32,784 nt of DNA, taken from a virus. Taxonomy: Duplodnaviria; Caudoviricetes. Below are positions 16,588-25,294 of this stretch, in pieces; position 1 is the stretch's first letter; each line of letters opens with the position of its first letter. Both the position numbers and the translations under genes were made by a program. Below the pieces are notes generated by a model, which saw only the letters and a list, made by a program, of their open reading frames with translations, did no database searches and was not told where the DNA came from. The DNA lies in IMG/VR virus record IMGVR_UViG_3300048598_000307, positions 1 through 32,784 of that record. One strand, written 5' to 3'.

Positions 16588-18048
16588 TCAGACCTGGAAT
16601 TCGAGCGCCGCGGCGAGCACCATCAGGTTGCCAATGATGCGGATCTGCTGCTGGGCGTTCATGCGGTTCTTGTCCGTTTCGTCGCGCTCGAACACGCTTT
16701 CCGAGACGGTGCGGTTGACGTCCTCGATCCACGCCTGGCGCTCATAGAGCTTGCAGCGCGTCGCCCAGGAGCCGTGCATCCGGCGCGGCGTCACCACCGC
16801 GTCGTTGTTGTTGGCGGCCGGGCTGTCATCGTCGGCGAGCTTGTGACGCGGATAGAGCAGCGTGACGTACATCGCCCAGTCGTAGCGGATGCGGGTCAGC
16901 ACCTTCGGCACCATGATGTCGAGATAGGCGGTATCCGGCGCGCCGAGCGACGTCGTCTTGTAGGCGGTGATCAGGCGCTCCAGCACGATCGTGCCGTCAG
17001 CCAGGCGCGTCCAGGTCGAGATGCCCTGGCGCAGCAGCAGGTCGCGTTCGGTTTCGGTGAAGCAGTCGACCGAATCCGGTCCGGCGATGCCGGTCATCTC
17101 CAGCCCGCGCAGCTGACGCGCGGGATCATTGGTGAGGTGGAAGGACGCCAGGCCCGCTGCGACGGCTGCCCATTCCCACGGAGCCGACATCGCGTTCTTG
17201 GCGCCGATCGGCGAGAGGTAGGGCGAATTCGTCAGGGCGCCCTTCGTGCCGAGCTGGCCATAGGTGCCGGCATGGCCGACATAGGCATGGCCGTCCTTCT
17301 TCCCCATCGCCTGGAAGCGGGCGGCGAGCTCGGCGGTCAACGCCGACAGATTGGCGGCATCGTCCCAGGGCATGATGAAGTCGGTGAACCACTCGTTGGC
17401 GATCGCCGCGATTAGGGTGGCCACGTCCGGATTGCCGGATCCGGCGACGCCGGCGGCGATCGCCACCGCGATCGTGCCCGGCAGGATTTCCTCGGCGAAC
17501 TTGCGCATGCGGACATCGATGGCGTTGCCGCACTCGCCGGCATGCTTGGCGGTCAGCGTGACGACGCCGGCGGCCGAGGTCGCGACGACCGGCATGTCGG
17601 CATCGGCATTGATCGCGTTGACGGCGGCCGTGGCGAGCTGCGTCACCGTCATCGAAGCGGTCGCGGCGAAGCGGACGCGGCGGTTCTGGATATAGATCGG
17701 AACCGTGCCGGCGCCCGAGCCGGTAATGGTCAGGGTCTTGGTGGCCTTCACGCCGGCGCCGCTATCGGCGAGCGCGATCGCGTAGAACCGCGTCGTCTTG
17801 TTCACCTTCTTGTAGGCCGCGACCATCTGCTGGCCGATCGAGCCGGCGCCGAACAGCACCGTGGCGTCTTCCGGCCGGGTGATCTCGTAGAGCTGGCCAG
17901 CGACGGCCGAGCCGGCCGCCAGCTTCTGCGCGAACGCGACGACGCGGGTCGGGAAGGAGACCAGGCCCATGGTCCGATAGTTCGGGCGCACCTCGACGAG
18001 GGTGCCCGGCGGCCGCCAGTCATAGGGGATCTCGGTGAGATTGATCAT
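16588..18048 (-). CDS. Tail sheath protein (gpL)
   Basis: IPYDWRPPG, FGAGS, DPARQL, LLRQGIST, ITAYKT, PRHKLADD. Confidence 0.95.
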   Translation of the reverse strand: MINLTEIPYDWRPPGTLVEVRPNYRTMGLVSFPTRVVAFAQKLAAGSAVAGQLYEITRPEDATVLFGAGSIGQQMVAAYKKVNKTTRFYAIALADSGAGVKATKTLTITGSGAGTVPIYIQNRRVRFAATASMTVTQLATAAVNAINADADMPVVATSAAGVVTLTAKHAGECGNAIDVRMRKFAEEILPGTIAVAIAAGVAGSGNPDVATLIAAIANEWFTDFIMPWDDAANLSALTAELAARFQAMGKKDGHAYVGHAGTYGQLGTKGALTNSPYLSPIGAKNAMSAPWEWAAVAAGLASFHLTNDPARQLRGLEMTGIAGPDSVDCFTETERDLLLRQGISTWTRLADGTIVLERLITAYKTTSLGAPDTAYLDIMVPKVLTRIRYDWAMYVTLLYPRHKLADDDSPAANNNDAVVTPRRMHGSWATRCKLYERQAWIEDVNRTVSESVFERDETDKNRMNAQQQIRIIGNLMVLAAALEFQV

Positions 18049-18060
18049 CGCGATGGATCC

Positions 18061-18249
18061 TTACTTCTCGCCTTCCGGCTTGGCCGGCTTGGGAGGGGTG
18101 GCGACGACCAGGTCGCCATCGTCGAGGCGGCGGCGGACGTAGGTGGTGAGCTCGGCGTAATCGCCCTCGGCCGGCCAGAGCGCGCCGGTGTCCTCGCGGC
18201 GCACGGTGCGGCCCTCGGCCGGCTTCAGGAACTTGCGGGCGTCGGTCAT
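18061..18249 (-). CDS. gp38-like DUF2635 protein
   Basis: LKPAEGRTVR...YVRRRLDDGDLV; ATG overlaps gp37 stop. Confidence 0.85.
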   Translation of the reverse strand: MTDARKFLKPAEGRTVRREDTGALWPAEGDYAELTTYVRRRLDDGDLVVATPPKPAKPEGEK

Positions 18250-18821
18250 GGCTGCCTCACGGGATAGGCGCCGTCGCGGTCCTGGTCTTTCGGCCAGGGC
18301 TCGAAGGCGGAAAGCATGCGAAGGAATTCTGGGGCCGCGGCGAGATCGCCCGTGACGTCGTCGATGACGACGGTGGAGCCGATGTCGAGCGTCGCGATCG
18401 CAATGTCGTGGTCGTCGTAGCCCTCGGCATAGGCCTGGGCGGCGGCGGTGATCGAGAACGTGCCGAGATCCGGAACGCTGAAGCCGTTCAACAGCATCAT
18501 CGCCCCAGTCATCGCCGGGAACAGGCCGGGGCCGGCCTTGTCGCCGAGGAAGCGCGGCTTGCCCTTGTTCGGGTTCTTGACCAGGACAGTGAGGCGCAGG
18601 CCGAGTGCGCCCTGGAAGCGGCGACCGACCTTCTGATCTGTCGGGTTGAGCTGGCGCCAGCCGAGGGCGAGGCACGGCGTCTTGCGGACGATCGCCTTGA
18701 ATTCCGCGATCGTCATCGGGTCCGGAACGAGGTGGAAATCCCACTTCGCCGGCAGGAAGACGGTGCGCAGCCGCGCCTCGATCGCGGTGAAGGACGCGCT
18801 GATCGGATCCACGGCGCTCAC
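18246..18821 (-). CDS. gp37-like tail terminator/completion protein
   Basis: GTG 18821 overlaps gp36 stop; synteny between gp36 and gp38. Confidence 0.75.
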   Translation of the reverse strand: MSAVDPISASFTAIEARLRTVFLPAKWDFHLVPDPMTIAEFKAIVRKTPCLALGWRQLNPTDQKVGRRFQGALGLRLTVLVKNPNKGKPRFLGDKAGPGLFPAMTGAMMLLNGFSVPDLGTFSITAAAQAYAEGYDDHDIAIATLDIGSTVVIDDVTGDLAAAPEFLRMLSAFEPWPKDQDRDGAYPVRQP

Positions 18822-19243
18822 AGTCCACGCTCCCCGTGCCGGCCGAACATGCGCTCGCGATCCTGCGTCCGGCCGACGCTGCTGGGCTGGGACGGCGCGA
18901 TACCGTCGAGCGTGACCGTTCCAGCCGCGATCTGCGTCAGCCAGGCGACGATGTCCTTCCGGTCGTTCTTGGCCTGCTCGGGCGGCTCGCGATCGCCGCC
19001 GACGCAGAGGTCGTAGCGGGCGAGGATGCACGAGGCGCGGGTGATGACCTGCGGCGCGAGCTGCAGCGGCACGACATAGCGCTTGCGCAGATAGCTATCG
19101 ATGATGCCGTCCGCATCGGCGATCGCCTGCTCGACCGGCGTTTCGTTCACCGTCTCCGGCAGCTCGCCATCGACGGAGGAGAGCCGCAACATCTCCGTCT
19201 CGCCGAAGCGGCCGATCATGTCCTGGACGGTGGCGTAAGCCAT
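18818..19243 (-). CDS. gp36 head-tail adaptor (DUF1320)
   Basis: MAYATVQDMIGRFGETE, AIADADGIIDSYL..RY..PL, LARYDL, WL..IAAG. Confidence 0.92.
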   Translation of the reverse strand: MAYATVQDMIGRFGETEMLRLSSVDGELPETVNETPVEQAIADADGIIDSYLRKRYVVPLQLAPQVITRASCILARYDLCVGGDREPPEQAKNDRKDIVAWLTQIAAGTVTLDGIAPSQPSSVGRTQDRERMFGRHGERGL

Positions 19244-19382
19244 GGTTGTTCCCAAAGCGACGGCCGCCCCGCACGCCAGCGGCCGTCAGATGCGTGGGGA
19301 TGTCCGGGAGGGGCCAAGCCGAAGCTTTCCCTCCTAAGCGGATCCGCAGCGTGCGAGCGGAGGCCGCACCCCTCTCCGGGGT
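19244..19382 (-). ncRNA. Candidate structured intergenic RNA (four hairpins, kissing loops)
   Basis: Four stems incl. a cUUCGg tetraloop; loop CGCACGC complementary to loop GCGUGCG. See findings. Confidence 0.55.
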
Positions 19383-19616
19383 TTATCTCTTGGCCTTGTT
19401 GGCCTTCGGCGGCGCGGCGCCGTCCTGGTAGATCACGGTCAGCAGCGGCTCGGCCTCGATGATGGCGAGCTGCTCGGCGCTGAAGTGATCGGCCGGATAG
19501 GTCTCGTCAGCCGGGTGAGCCACGCCACCGCGGCGAAAACCGTCATGGGCGCGGCTGATGATGCGGACGGTCGGCTCGGCCTTCGCCTCGGCGGGCTTTT
19601 CGGCGGCTTCGATCAT
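19383..19616 (-). CDS. gp35/HI1506-like protein
   Basis: GFRRGGVAH...FSAEQLAIIEAEPLLTV; SD GGAG before ATG 19616. Confidence 0.85.
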   Translation of the reverse strand: MIEAAEKPAEAKAEPTVRIISRAHDGFRRGGVAHPADETYPADHFSAEQLAIIEAEPLLTVIYQDGAAPPKANKAKR

Positions 19617-19690
19617 GTTTGTCTCCAGGTGAAGGACGCTCTCTCTGGAACCGCCGGCGGCGCCGGCGGCTCGTGAGAAGGCGCCGCCGA

Positions 19691-20590
19691 TCAGGCGAGC
19701 CAGGGGCAGACGAGCAGCTCGGCGGTGCCCTTGTAGACGTTGGTCGCGCCGGCAGCGTCGCGCTCGGCGTTGAGGATCTCGAGGCCGGCTTGTTCGAGCG
19801 CCGGCGGCACGACGAGGAGACGGGGACGAACACCCAGCGGGCGGTCGAAATCGCCTTTCATGCCCTGCATGGCGGCGCGGGCGCTGCCATAGTTCGCCTT
19901 GTTCAGGGTCTGCTTCGAGCCCCAGGCGAACTGCCAGAAGCCGAAACCGACATTGTGCCGGGCATCCGTGCCGTAGACGAATTCCTTGCGGTCGAAGACG
20001 TTGTCGTCGGTCGGATTGTCCTTGCGGACGAGGTCCCAGGCCTTGCGCTTCTGCAGGATGATCGGCTTCAGCATGCGGCTGTCGTCGATCAGGAACCAAG
20101 GCGTGCCGGAGCCGCCATCGGTGTTGGCGACCGAGTTGACGGTCTGGCCGTCTGCCGCGAGCACCGGATGGTCCGTGTCGAAGAAATACTGCTTGTCGTA
20201 GCAGGCGGTGGCAAAGCCGGCCTTAAGCAGGCTGAAGACGAGCTGGTCGTAATGGGAGTTCGACGCGGCGCCGAGCTCGGTGAACATCGGCGTATAGATG
20301 CCGAGGTTGTCATCCTCGATATCGTCCCTGCTGACCGAGATGGTCAGCTCATAGGACTTGTTCTTGATGGTGTACCCGGCCTGGGCGATGTTGTGGACGA
20401 CACGGTCGCCGGCCCATTCCCGAACGTTCGGGATTTTGCCCAGCCAGCCATAGTCCTGTTCGCGCGTCGTCGAAGGAACGGTGGTGGCGATCCGGCCGAA
20501 CTGCGAGGCAGCCTGGCTGTCGAGACCGGACTTGAAAGCGGCATTGAAGCCGATGAAGAGCGTCCGGAGGGCGTTCTGGTTAAGCTGCAT
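19691..20590 (-). CDS. Major capsid protein (gpT)
   Basis: YGWLGK.P..REW.GDR, IEDDNLGIY, FFDTDHPV, GFGFWQFAWGS, LLVVPPALE. Confidence 0.96.
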   Translation of the reverse strand: MQLNQNALRTLFIGFNAAFKSGLDSQAASQFGRIATTVPSTTREQDYGWLGKIPNVREWAGDRVVHNIAQAGYTIKNKSYELTISVSRDDIEDDNLGIYTPMFTELGAASNSHYDQLVFSLLKAGFATACYDKQYFFDTDHPVLAADGQTVNSVANTDGGSGTPWFLIDDSRMLKPIILQKRKAWDLVRKDNPTDDNVFDRKEFVYGTDARHNVGFGFWQFAWGSKQTLNKANYGSARAAMQGMKGDFDRPLGVRPRLLVVPPALEQAGLEILNAERDAAGATNVYKGTAELLVCPWLA

Positions 20591-20623
20591 GACTGAGCCT
20601 CTGTGACGGGATGGCCGGCGGGG

Positions 20624-21037
20624 TCAGTAGCCGGAGCGGACCCAGACGCCGAGCGCGTCCACGTCCATGATCTTGCCGGCCACCGAACGGGTGTTGGTGC
20701 CGTTGGTCTTGGCCACCGTCTGGTCGTCGACGATGTAGCAATCGGTGCCGATATCGGCGGCGGTGATGGCGTCACCGGCCGAGGAGTTCGCCCAGCGGAA
20801 GGTGCCGCGGCGGATCTTGACGTTGACCGCGTCAGCCGCGCCGGCGCCGTTGTCGACGAAGGCTTCGCAGCGGCCGACGCCGCGCAGCGTGGTGGCGACT
20901 GCGCCGGGAGTGGCGCGACCGGCCGCATCGAGCGCGACCAGGGCGCCGGCGTAGAACACCTTGGCGGCGGCGGCCGGGCGTTCCAGCTGCTCGGACTTCT
21001 TGGTCGTCGTGTTGCGGTCGGCGGTCAGGGCGGCCAT
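20624..21037 (-). CDS. Putative head decoration/cement protein
   Basis: MAALTADRNT...CYIVDDQTVAKT...AGK...GVWV family found between I and T in Mu-like phages. Confidence 0.75.
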   Translation of the reverse strand: MAALTADRNTTTKKSEQLERPAAAAKVFYAGALVALDAAGRATPGAVATTLRGVGRCEAFVDNGAGAADAVNVKIRRGTFRWANSSAGDAITAADIGTDCYIVDDQTVAKTNGTNTRSVAGKIMDVDALGVWVRSGY

Positions 21038-21072
21038 GGCTCAGTGCTCCGTTACGTTTCGGTCAGGCGGCC

Positions 21073-21720
21073 TCAGAGGGTCGCCTTCTCCAGCTCGGCC
21101 TTGCTCTTGGCCATTTGCGCGGGATCGATGCCCATCAGCTGGGCGACGGACGCCTCTTCGGCGTCGAGCCCGCCCTGGACAGGCTGAGGCGGCCTTACGA
21201 TGCCGCCGCTATGGATCGAGACGAGGGCATTGACCTCCGCCTCGACAGCGGCCGCGTCCTTCTGGTGACGCGAGATGTAGTGGTCGCGCATCGGCTTGAT
21301 CGGCTTGCCGGCGTCGATCGCGGCGTCGATGAAGGCGGTGGCATCCTTCTTCGCCTGGTCGGCGGAGAGCGTGTTGAGCTGCGACTGCAGCGAGATCACG
21401 GTCTGTCGCAGTTCAGCTTCGGAACCGTTGCGCGACATCAGCTGGGTCTGCAGCTCGGTCGGGGAGAGCTTCTCCAGATCGATCCCGGCCGCCTTGCAGT
21501 GGGCCGAAATCGCCGCGAGCTTGCCTGCATCCGCAGCCTTCGCGGTGGCGCCAGCGACGATATCGTCGGATTTGGCGTCCGCGGCGAGACCGAGCGCGGT
21601 CGTGACCTTGCCGAGGGTGGAGCCGGCGAGCGCATGCGCCGAAACGGAGGTCAGCATCGTGTCCTCGGCCGCATCGGCGGAAAGACCGAGCGCCTGGCGA
21701 AGCTTGGCGAGGAAGTCCAT
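21073..21720 (-). CDS. Scaffold protein Z (internal in-frame start in protease gene)
   Basis: GGAG 7 nt before ATG 21720 (MDFLAKLRQALGL), same arrangement as Mu I/Z. Confidence 0.65.
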   Translation of the reverse strand: MDFLAKLRQALGLSADAAEDTMLTSVSAHALAGSTLGKVTTALGLAADAKSDDIVAGATAKAADAGKLAAISAHCKAAGIDLEKLSPTELQTQLMSRNGSEAELRQTVISLQSQLNTLSADQAKKDATAFIDAAIDAGKPIKPMRDHYISRHQKDAAAVEAEVNALVSIHSGGIVRPPQPVQGGLDAEEASVAQLMGIDPAQMAKSKAELEKATL

Positions 21721-22173
21721 GGGATGGCTCCGGGAATGAAGAGTGGTCAGGGTCAGGTTCGGGGTGTTGGTCAGCGATGCCCGCAACAGGCGAAGGACGC
21801 GGCCGCCTTCTTTGAGCGCGGAGAAGACGGGCGAGATGCCGCGATAGGCCTTGTCCTGCATCAGGACCGCGCCGGAGCCGGTCCACTCGACGCGGCCCCA
21901 GATCCCATCGGACCGGGCCTGCATCTCGACAATCCAGCCGCGTGCCGGAGCGGGTAGCCCCTTCGGACCAGCAATATCGATGGCGTGGTTCTCGTCGATC
22001 GCGAGGCGGCCAGCGCTCAGCGAGTTGCGGATTACATCTTCAGCGTCCCCGAGTGTGAAAGGCCCGCGTCCGTCCTCGCCAGAAAAGGTCCCGGCAGGCA
22101 TCAGGTGAACCCATTCGGGCACACCGGCCGCCGCCGGGATCTGGAAGTGAAGGGAGGAAACGAACGTCGTCAT
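21073..22173 (-). CDS. Prohead protease I (gp32) with C-terminal scaffold
   Basis: WVHLMPAG, DGRGPF, IDENH, APARGW, YRGISPVF, LTNTPNL; ATG 22173 is 36 nt from late palindrome. Confidence 0.93.
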   Translation of the reverse strand: MTTFVSSLHFQIPAAAGVPEWVHLMPAGTFSGEDGRGPFTLGDAEDVIRNSLSAGRLAIDENHAIDIAGPKGLPAPARGWIVEMQARSDGIWGRVEWTGSGAVLMQDKAYRGISPVFSALKEGGRVLRLLRASLTNTPNLTLTTLHSRSHPMDFLAKLRQALGLSADAAEDTMLTSVSAHALAGSTLGKVTTALGLAADAKSDDIVAGATAKAADAGKLAAISAHCKAAGIDLEKLSPTELQTQLMSRNGSEAELRQTVISLQSQLNTLSADQAKKDATAFIDAAIDAGKPIKPMRDHYISRHQKDAAAVEAEVNALVSIHSGGIVRPPQPVQGGLDAEEASVAQLMGIDPAQMAKSKAELEKATL

Positions 22174-22231
22174 CCCTGCCAATCTGGCGGGATCGGATAT
22201 GACGCGGCACGCCCCGATATCGGGGCGTCAG
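22174..22231 (-). promoter_or_regulatory. Late promoter copy 2 (PI-like): perfect 20-bp palindrome plus -10 CAGATT
   Basis: ACGCCCCGATATCGGGGCGT at 22209-22228. Confidence 0.8.
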
Positions 22232-22265
22232 GTCGTGTCGATGCTTTCGGGAGGGGCCGAGCGGA

Positions 22266-22802
22266 TCAGCGCCGGCGCGGTGATGATGACCCGGAACCGA
22301 TGGCGCGATCAAGGGCGCCGGTGACAACGTCGATGATCATGTCGCGATCATCGCTGCTGACGCCGAGATAGGGCCGCGCGGGGATGGTGACGGAGCGCGC
22401 ATGCACTACGCGATTGCCGAGGCGGAAGACGAGGCGGCCCGAGCCTTTCGGTGTGATGACGCCCCCGGTCTGGTGAATGCCGGCATAGATCTTGTTCGAT
22501 CCGACTGCGACCTGGTCGCGGCCGGCGCTGTAAGTGACCGAGCCCTGCAGGCCGCCGCGCATGCCGCGTTCACGCAGGATGCCCGGCCCCTTCTTCCCGG
22601 CCGCATAGGTCGGATTGAGCGGAGCCCAGGCGCCGCCATCGGGACCGACGCCATCGTCCATGCGGTCCTGCGTCGAGGTGACCAGGCCGGTGCCGATCGC
22701 CCGCATGATGGGTGTGGTGTCCGACACGGCCATGGCGAGCCGGCTGAAGGCGCTCTGGGCCTGTGACACGTCCATGCGGGTGATGAGCTGGATACCGCTC
22801 AT
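22266..22802 (-). CDS. Virion morphogenesis protein G
   Basis: GPDGGAWAPL, VGSNKIYAGIHQTGG, TIPARPYLGVS. Confidence 0.92.
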   Translation of the reverse strand: MSGIQLITRMDVSQAQSAFSRLAMAVSDTTPIMRAIGTGLVTSTQDRMDDGVGPDGGAWAPLNPTYAAGKKGPGILRERGMRGGLQGSVTYSAGRDQVAVGSNKIYAGIHQTGGVITPKGSGRLVFRLGNRVVHARSVTIPARPYLGVSSDDRDMIIDVVTGALDRAIGSGSSSPRRR

Positions 22803-23509
22803 GGCGTGACCGGCAATTCCTTCCAGGCCTTGCCCGGGTTGTAATCAAAGCCGGGATCGACGCCGAGCGAACCCTTCAGCACTTCGCCAGTGCGTTTGAC
22901 CACGGTCTGCGTCGGGATCCGCTGTGGCGCCTCGTCGACGCCGGTTCGGCCCTGGCGCCGCAATCGCGTCTCAGAGAGCGGGCGCACCCGGCAGCCGCAG
23001 CCCCAGCCGTTGGGCGGATAGGCCCAGTCCCAGAACGGATCGGTTGCGGCGAGAACCAGACCGTTCCAGGCGAGATGCTGCTTGCGCGGATGGCGGGCGC
23101 CCGAATGGACGTATTGCCAGTATGGGAAGGCCAGCAACGTCTCCGGCTCGGTCTGCTGGGCATAGCGCCCCGCGGAATAGGCCATGGACAAATTGGTCTC
23201 GTAGATCACCCGGGAACGCCAGCCTGGCCGGCCGGTATGTTCCCAGCCATGCTTGCGCACGATTTCGTCGAAGGCGCCGCGGAACTCCTGCAGCGTGGTG
23301 CCTTGCTCCAGCGCTTTTGCGATCTCGGTCCGAAAATCCTCAACCAGCGCGTCGGTCGCTGCACCGGCAACTGTGAAGGCCCGCGTGTTGGCGCGGCCGA
23401 AGACGTCCGTCCAGCCGGTCGAGGTGGTGTTGATCTTCTGGCGAAGAAAGTCGATCGCTTCGTCGAAGGGCAGATCGAGCGCCGACGTGACGGTGCTGAA
23501 TTCGGTCAC
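22799..23509 (-). CDS. Head morphogenesis protein F (gp30)
   Basis: AFTVAG, IYETN..MAYSAGR, YWQY, HLAWNG, PPNGWGCGC, DPGFDYNPG. Confidence 0.92.
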   Translation of the reverse strand: MTEFSTVTSALDLPFDEAIDFLRQKINTTSTGWTDVFGRANTRAFTVAGAATDALVEDFRTEIAKALEQGTTLQEFRGAFDEIVRKHGWEHTGRPGWRSRVIYETNLSMAYSAGRYAQQTEPETLLAFPYWQYVHSGARHPRKQHLAWNGLVLAATDPFWDWAYPPNGWGCGCRVRPLSETRLRRQGRTGVDEAPQRIPTQTVVKRTGEVLKGSLGVDPGFDYNPGKAWKELPVTP

Positions 23510-23653
23510 AGCCCCCTCCGAAGGTCGAGCCTCTGGGAAGCCCGCTGGCGGGCGTTCCCGGTTTCAGCCCCATCGCCCCGGAAAATCTTTTGAAACTGAA
23601 ATTGAAACAGCTGTGGGCGATTGGCGCGGGATCCGCGCCCCCCGCCCAACCTG
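23510..23653. other. Intergenic AT-rich-core element, candidate strong gyrase site
   Basis: GAAAATCTTTTGAAACTGAAATTGAAACAG (23581-23610) in a 144-bp gap within otherwise overlapping head genes. Confidence 0.4.
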
Positions 23654-25294
23654 TCACGCCGAGCGGTCACCGGGCGTGCCTCCGATCTCGGCGAGGAGTG
23701 CGGCGCGTCCGGTCATGTTCGCCAGCGCCAGGCCGCGCCCCATGGCCTCTGCCAGCGCCTTTGGATCGAGCTGCATCAGCGCCAGGCGCTGCGCCAGATC
23801 CTGCATGTCGGTTGCGGCGTCGAAGGCGGCGCGGATCTCCGCGGTGAGGCCGGCCATGGCGCCGGCGGCATCCTCGGCGAGCTGCTCGGTCAGCTTCTCG
23901 ACCAGGTCCGGCTCGGGCGCGCTGGCATGGCGCGTGACAATGTGACGGAGCTGCTCGAGCGGGGCTGGCTTTGGCGCCGTTGTCGGGATGACATCGGGTT
24001 CGCCGGAAGCGGGGTTCGCGAGCGACGCCGACTGGCGGCCGCCAATGATCGCAAGGTCGACCTTGCTCTTGTCCGGTTCGGATAGGCCTAGGCGATCGCG
24101 GATCTCGCTCGCCTCGACCTCGAGGCCGAGCGGGCCGAGCTTCTGTACCGCATCGACGACGTCCTTCAACGGGACTTCATCAGGGCGGCCGATATTGATG
24201 CGCGGATACTTGGCCTGCGGTCCGAAGTTTAGTGCGATGATAAGCGGGACGAGCTGGCGGGTCAGCGAGGCGGAGAGCAGCTTCGCATCGGCGCGCTCCA
24301 GATCCTCCTGGACGAGCCGGTGCTCCTGGGCGACGGCATGGCCTCCGGATACTGCGTCCGTCGTCGTAGTCTGGCCGAGAACCAACTTTGAGATCTGGCG
24401 GTCGAGCCAGTCGGCGCGTCGCTCATAGAGCTGGCCCGGTGATCCGGTGCCCTTGTCGACCGAGATGAACTCGATCTCCATTTCTTTCGGAATGATCGCC
24501 GCGCAGTCGCCGGCGATGTTGGCGACGGCACGCCAGAGCACTTCCTTGTCCGGATCCGAAGCGGCCCGGTCGAACTTACCGACACGCGTCGGCATCCCGT
24601 AATTCTGGGTGAAGATCGCCCAGTCCTTCGCCGTGAAGGCCTTGTACATCCACGACCAGGAGGCGACGCGGGCCAGGCCGGAGCGGATCGTCAGGCCGCT
24701 CTTGGCCCTATGCTTGTGGACGATGAATTTGTGCGGCGATAGCGGCTCGCGCGTCACGCCCTCGGCCAGCACCACCGTCTCGCCGTCGACCAGGTCGAAG
24801 TCGAACCAGCGCTGCGGCCGATAGTCGAAGCATTTCGGCAGGACAGCCTCGGGCGTCGATTCCCACTCCGTCTCCATGACGGAGAAGCCCTTGCCGATAG
24901 CGTCCAGGATGTCGAAGAGCGCGAGTTCGAGCACGCCTTCCTTCAGCCACTCGACCAGGAAGTCCTTGTGGCGGACATGCTCCTTGTCGTCGCTGGCGGC
25001 CTCGACATTGATCGGCAGCTGCGCGATGGCGCGCCTACGCGTTCCGAGCACGGAGAGGTAATGCGGGTCGCGCTCCTCGATGTCCTCGGCGAGCTCCAGC
25101 CACGCCAGCGCATTGCCGGTCGCCGCCGCGCGATGGATCGAAGCCAGCCGCGCCGGGGTCAGGCCATCGGCCGGATGGCCGGAGATCGGCGTGCGAACGC
25201 CGGTGAGCGTCGGGCCGGCCTTTGGCGGACCGAAGACGTCCTCATAGTCGATCGGCCGTCCGTCCGGCCCCAGCAGCTTGGAGATCCGGGTCAT
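23654..25294 (-). CDS. Portal protein gp29 (DUF935)
   Basis: LTPARL, EDIEERDPH, DAIGKGFS, YGMPTRVGK, ISKLVLGQT. Confidence 0.94.
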   Translation of the reverse strand: MTRISKLLGPDGRPIDYEDVFGPPKAGPTLTGVRTPISGHPADGLTPARLASIHRAAATGNALAWLELAEDIEERDPHYLSVLGTRRRAIAQLPINVEAASDDKEHVRHKDFLVEWLKEGVLELALFDILDAIGKGFSVMETEWESTPEAVLPKCFDYRPQRWFDFDLVDGETVVLAEGVTREPLSPHKFIVHKHRAKSGLTIRSGLARVASWSWMYKAFTAKDWAIFTQNYGMPTRVGKFDRAASDPDKEVLWRAVANIAGDCAAIIPKEMEIEFISVDKGTGSPGQLYERRADWLDRQISKLVLGQTTTTDAVSGGHAVAQEHRLVQEDLERADAKLLSASLTRQLVPLIIALNFGPQAKYPRINIGRPDEVPLKDVVDAVQKLGPLGLEVEASEIRDRLGLSEPDKSKVDLAIIGGRQSASLANPASGEPDVIPTTAPKPAPLEQLRHIVTRHASAPEPDLVEKLTEQLAEDAAGAMAGLTAEIRAAFDAATDMQDLAQRLALMQLDPKALAEAMGRGLALANMTGRAALLAEIGGTPGDRSA

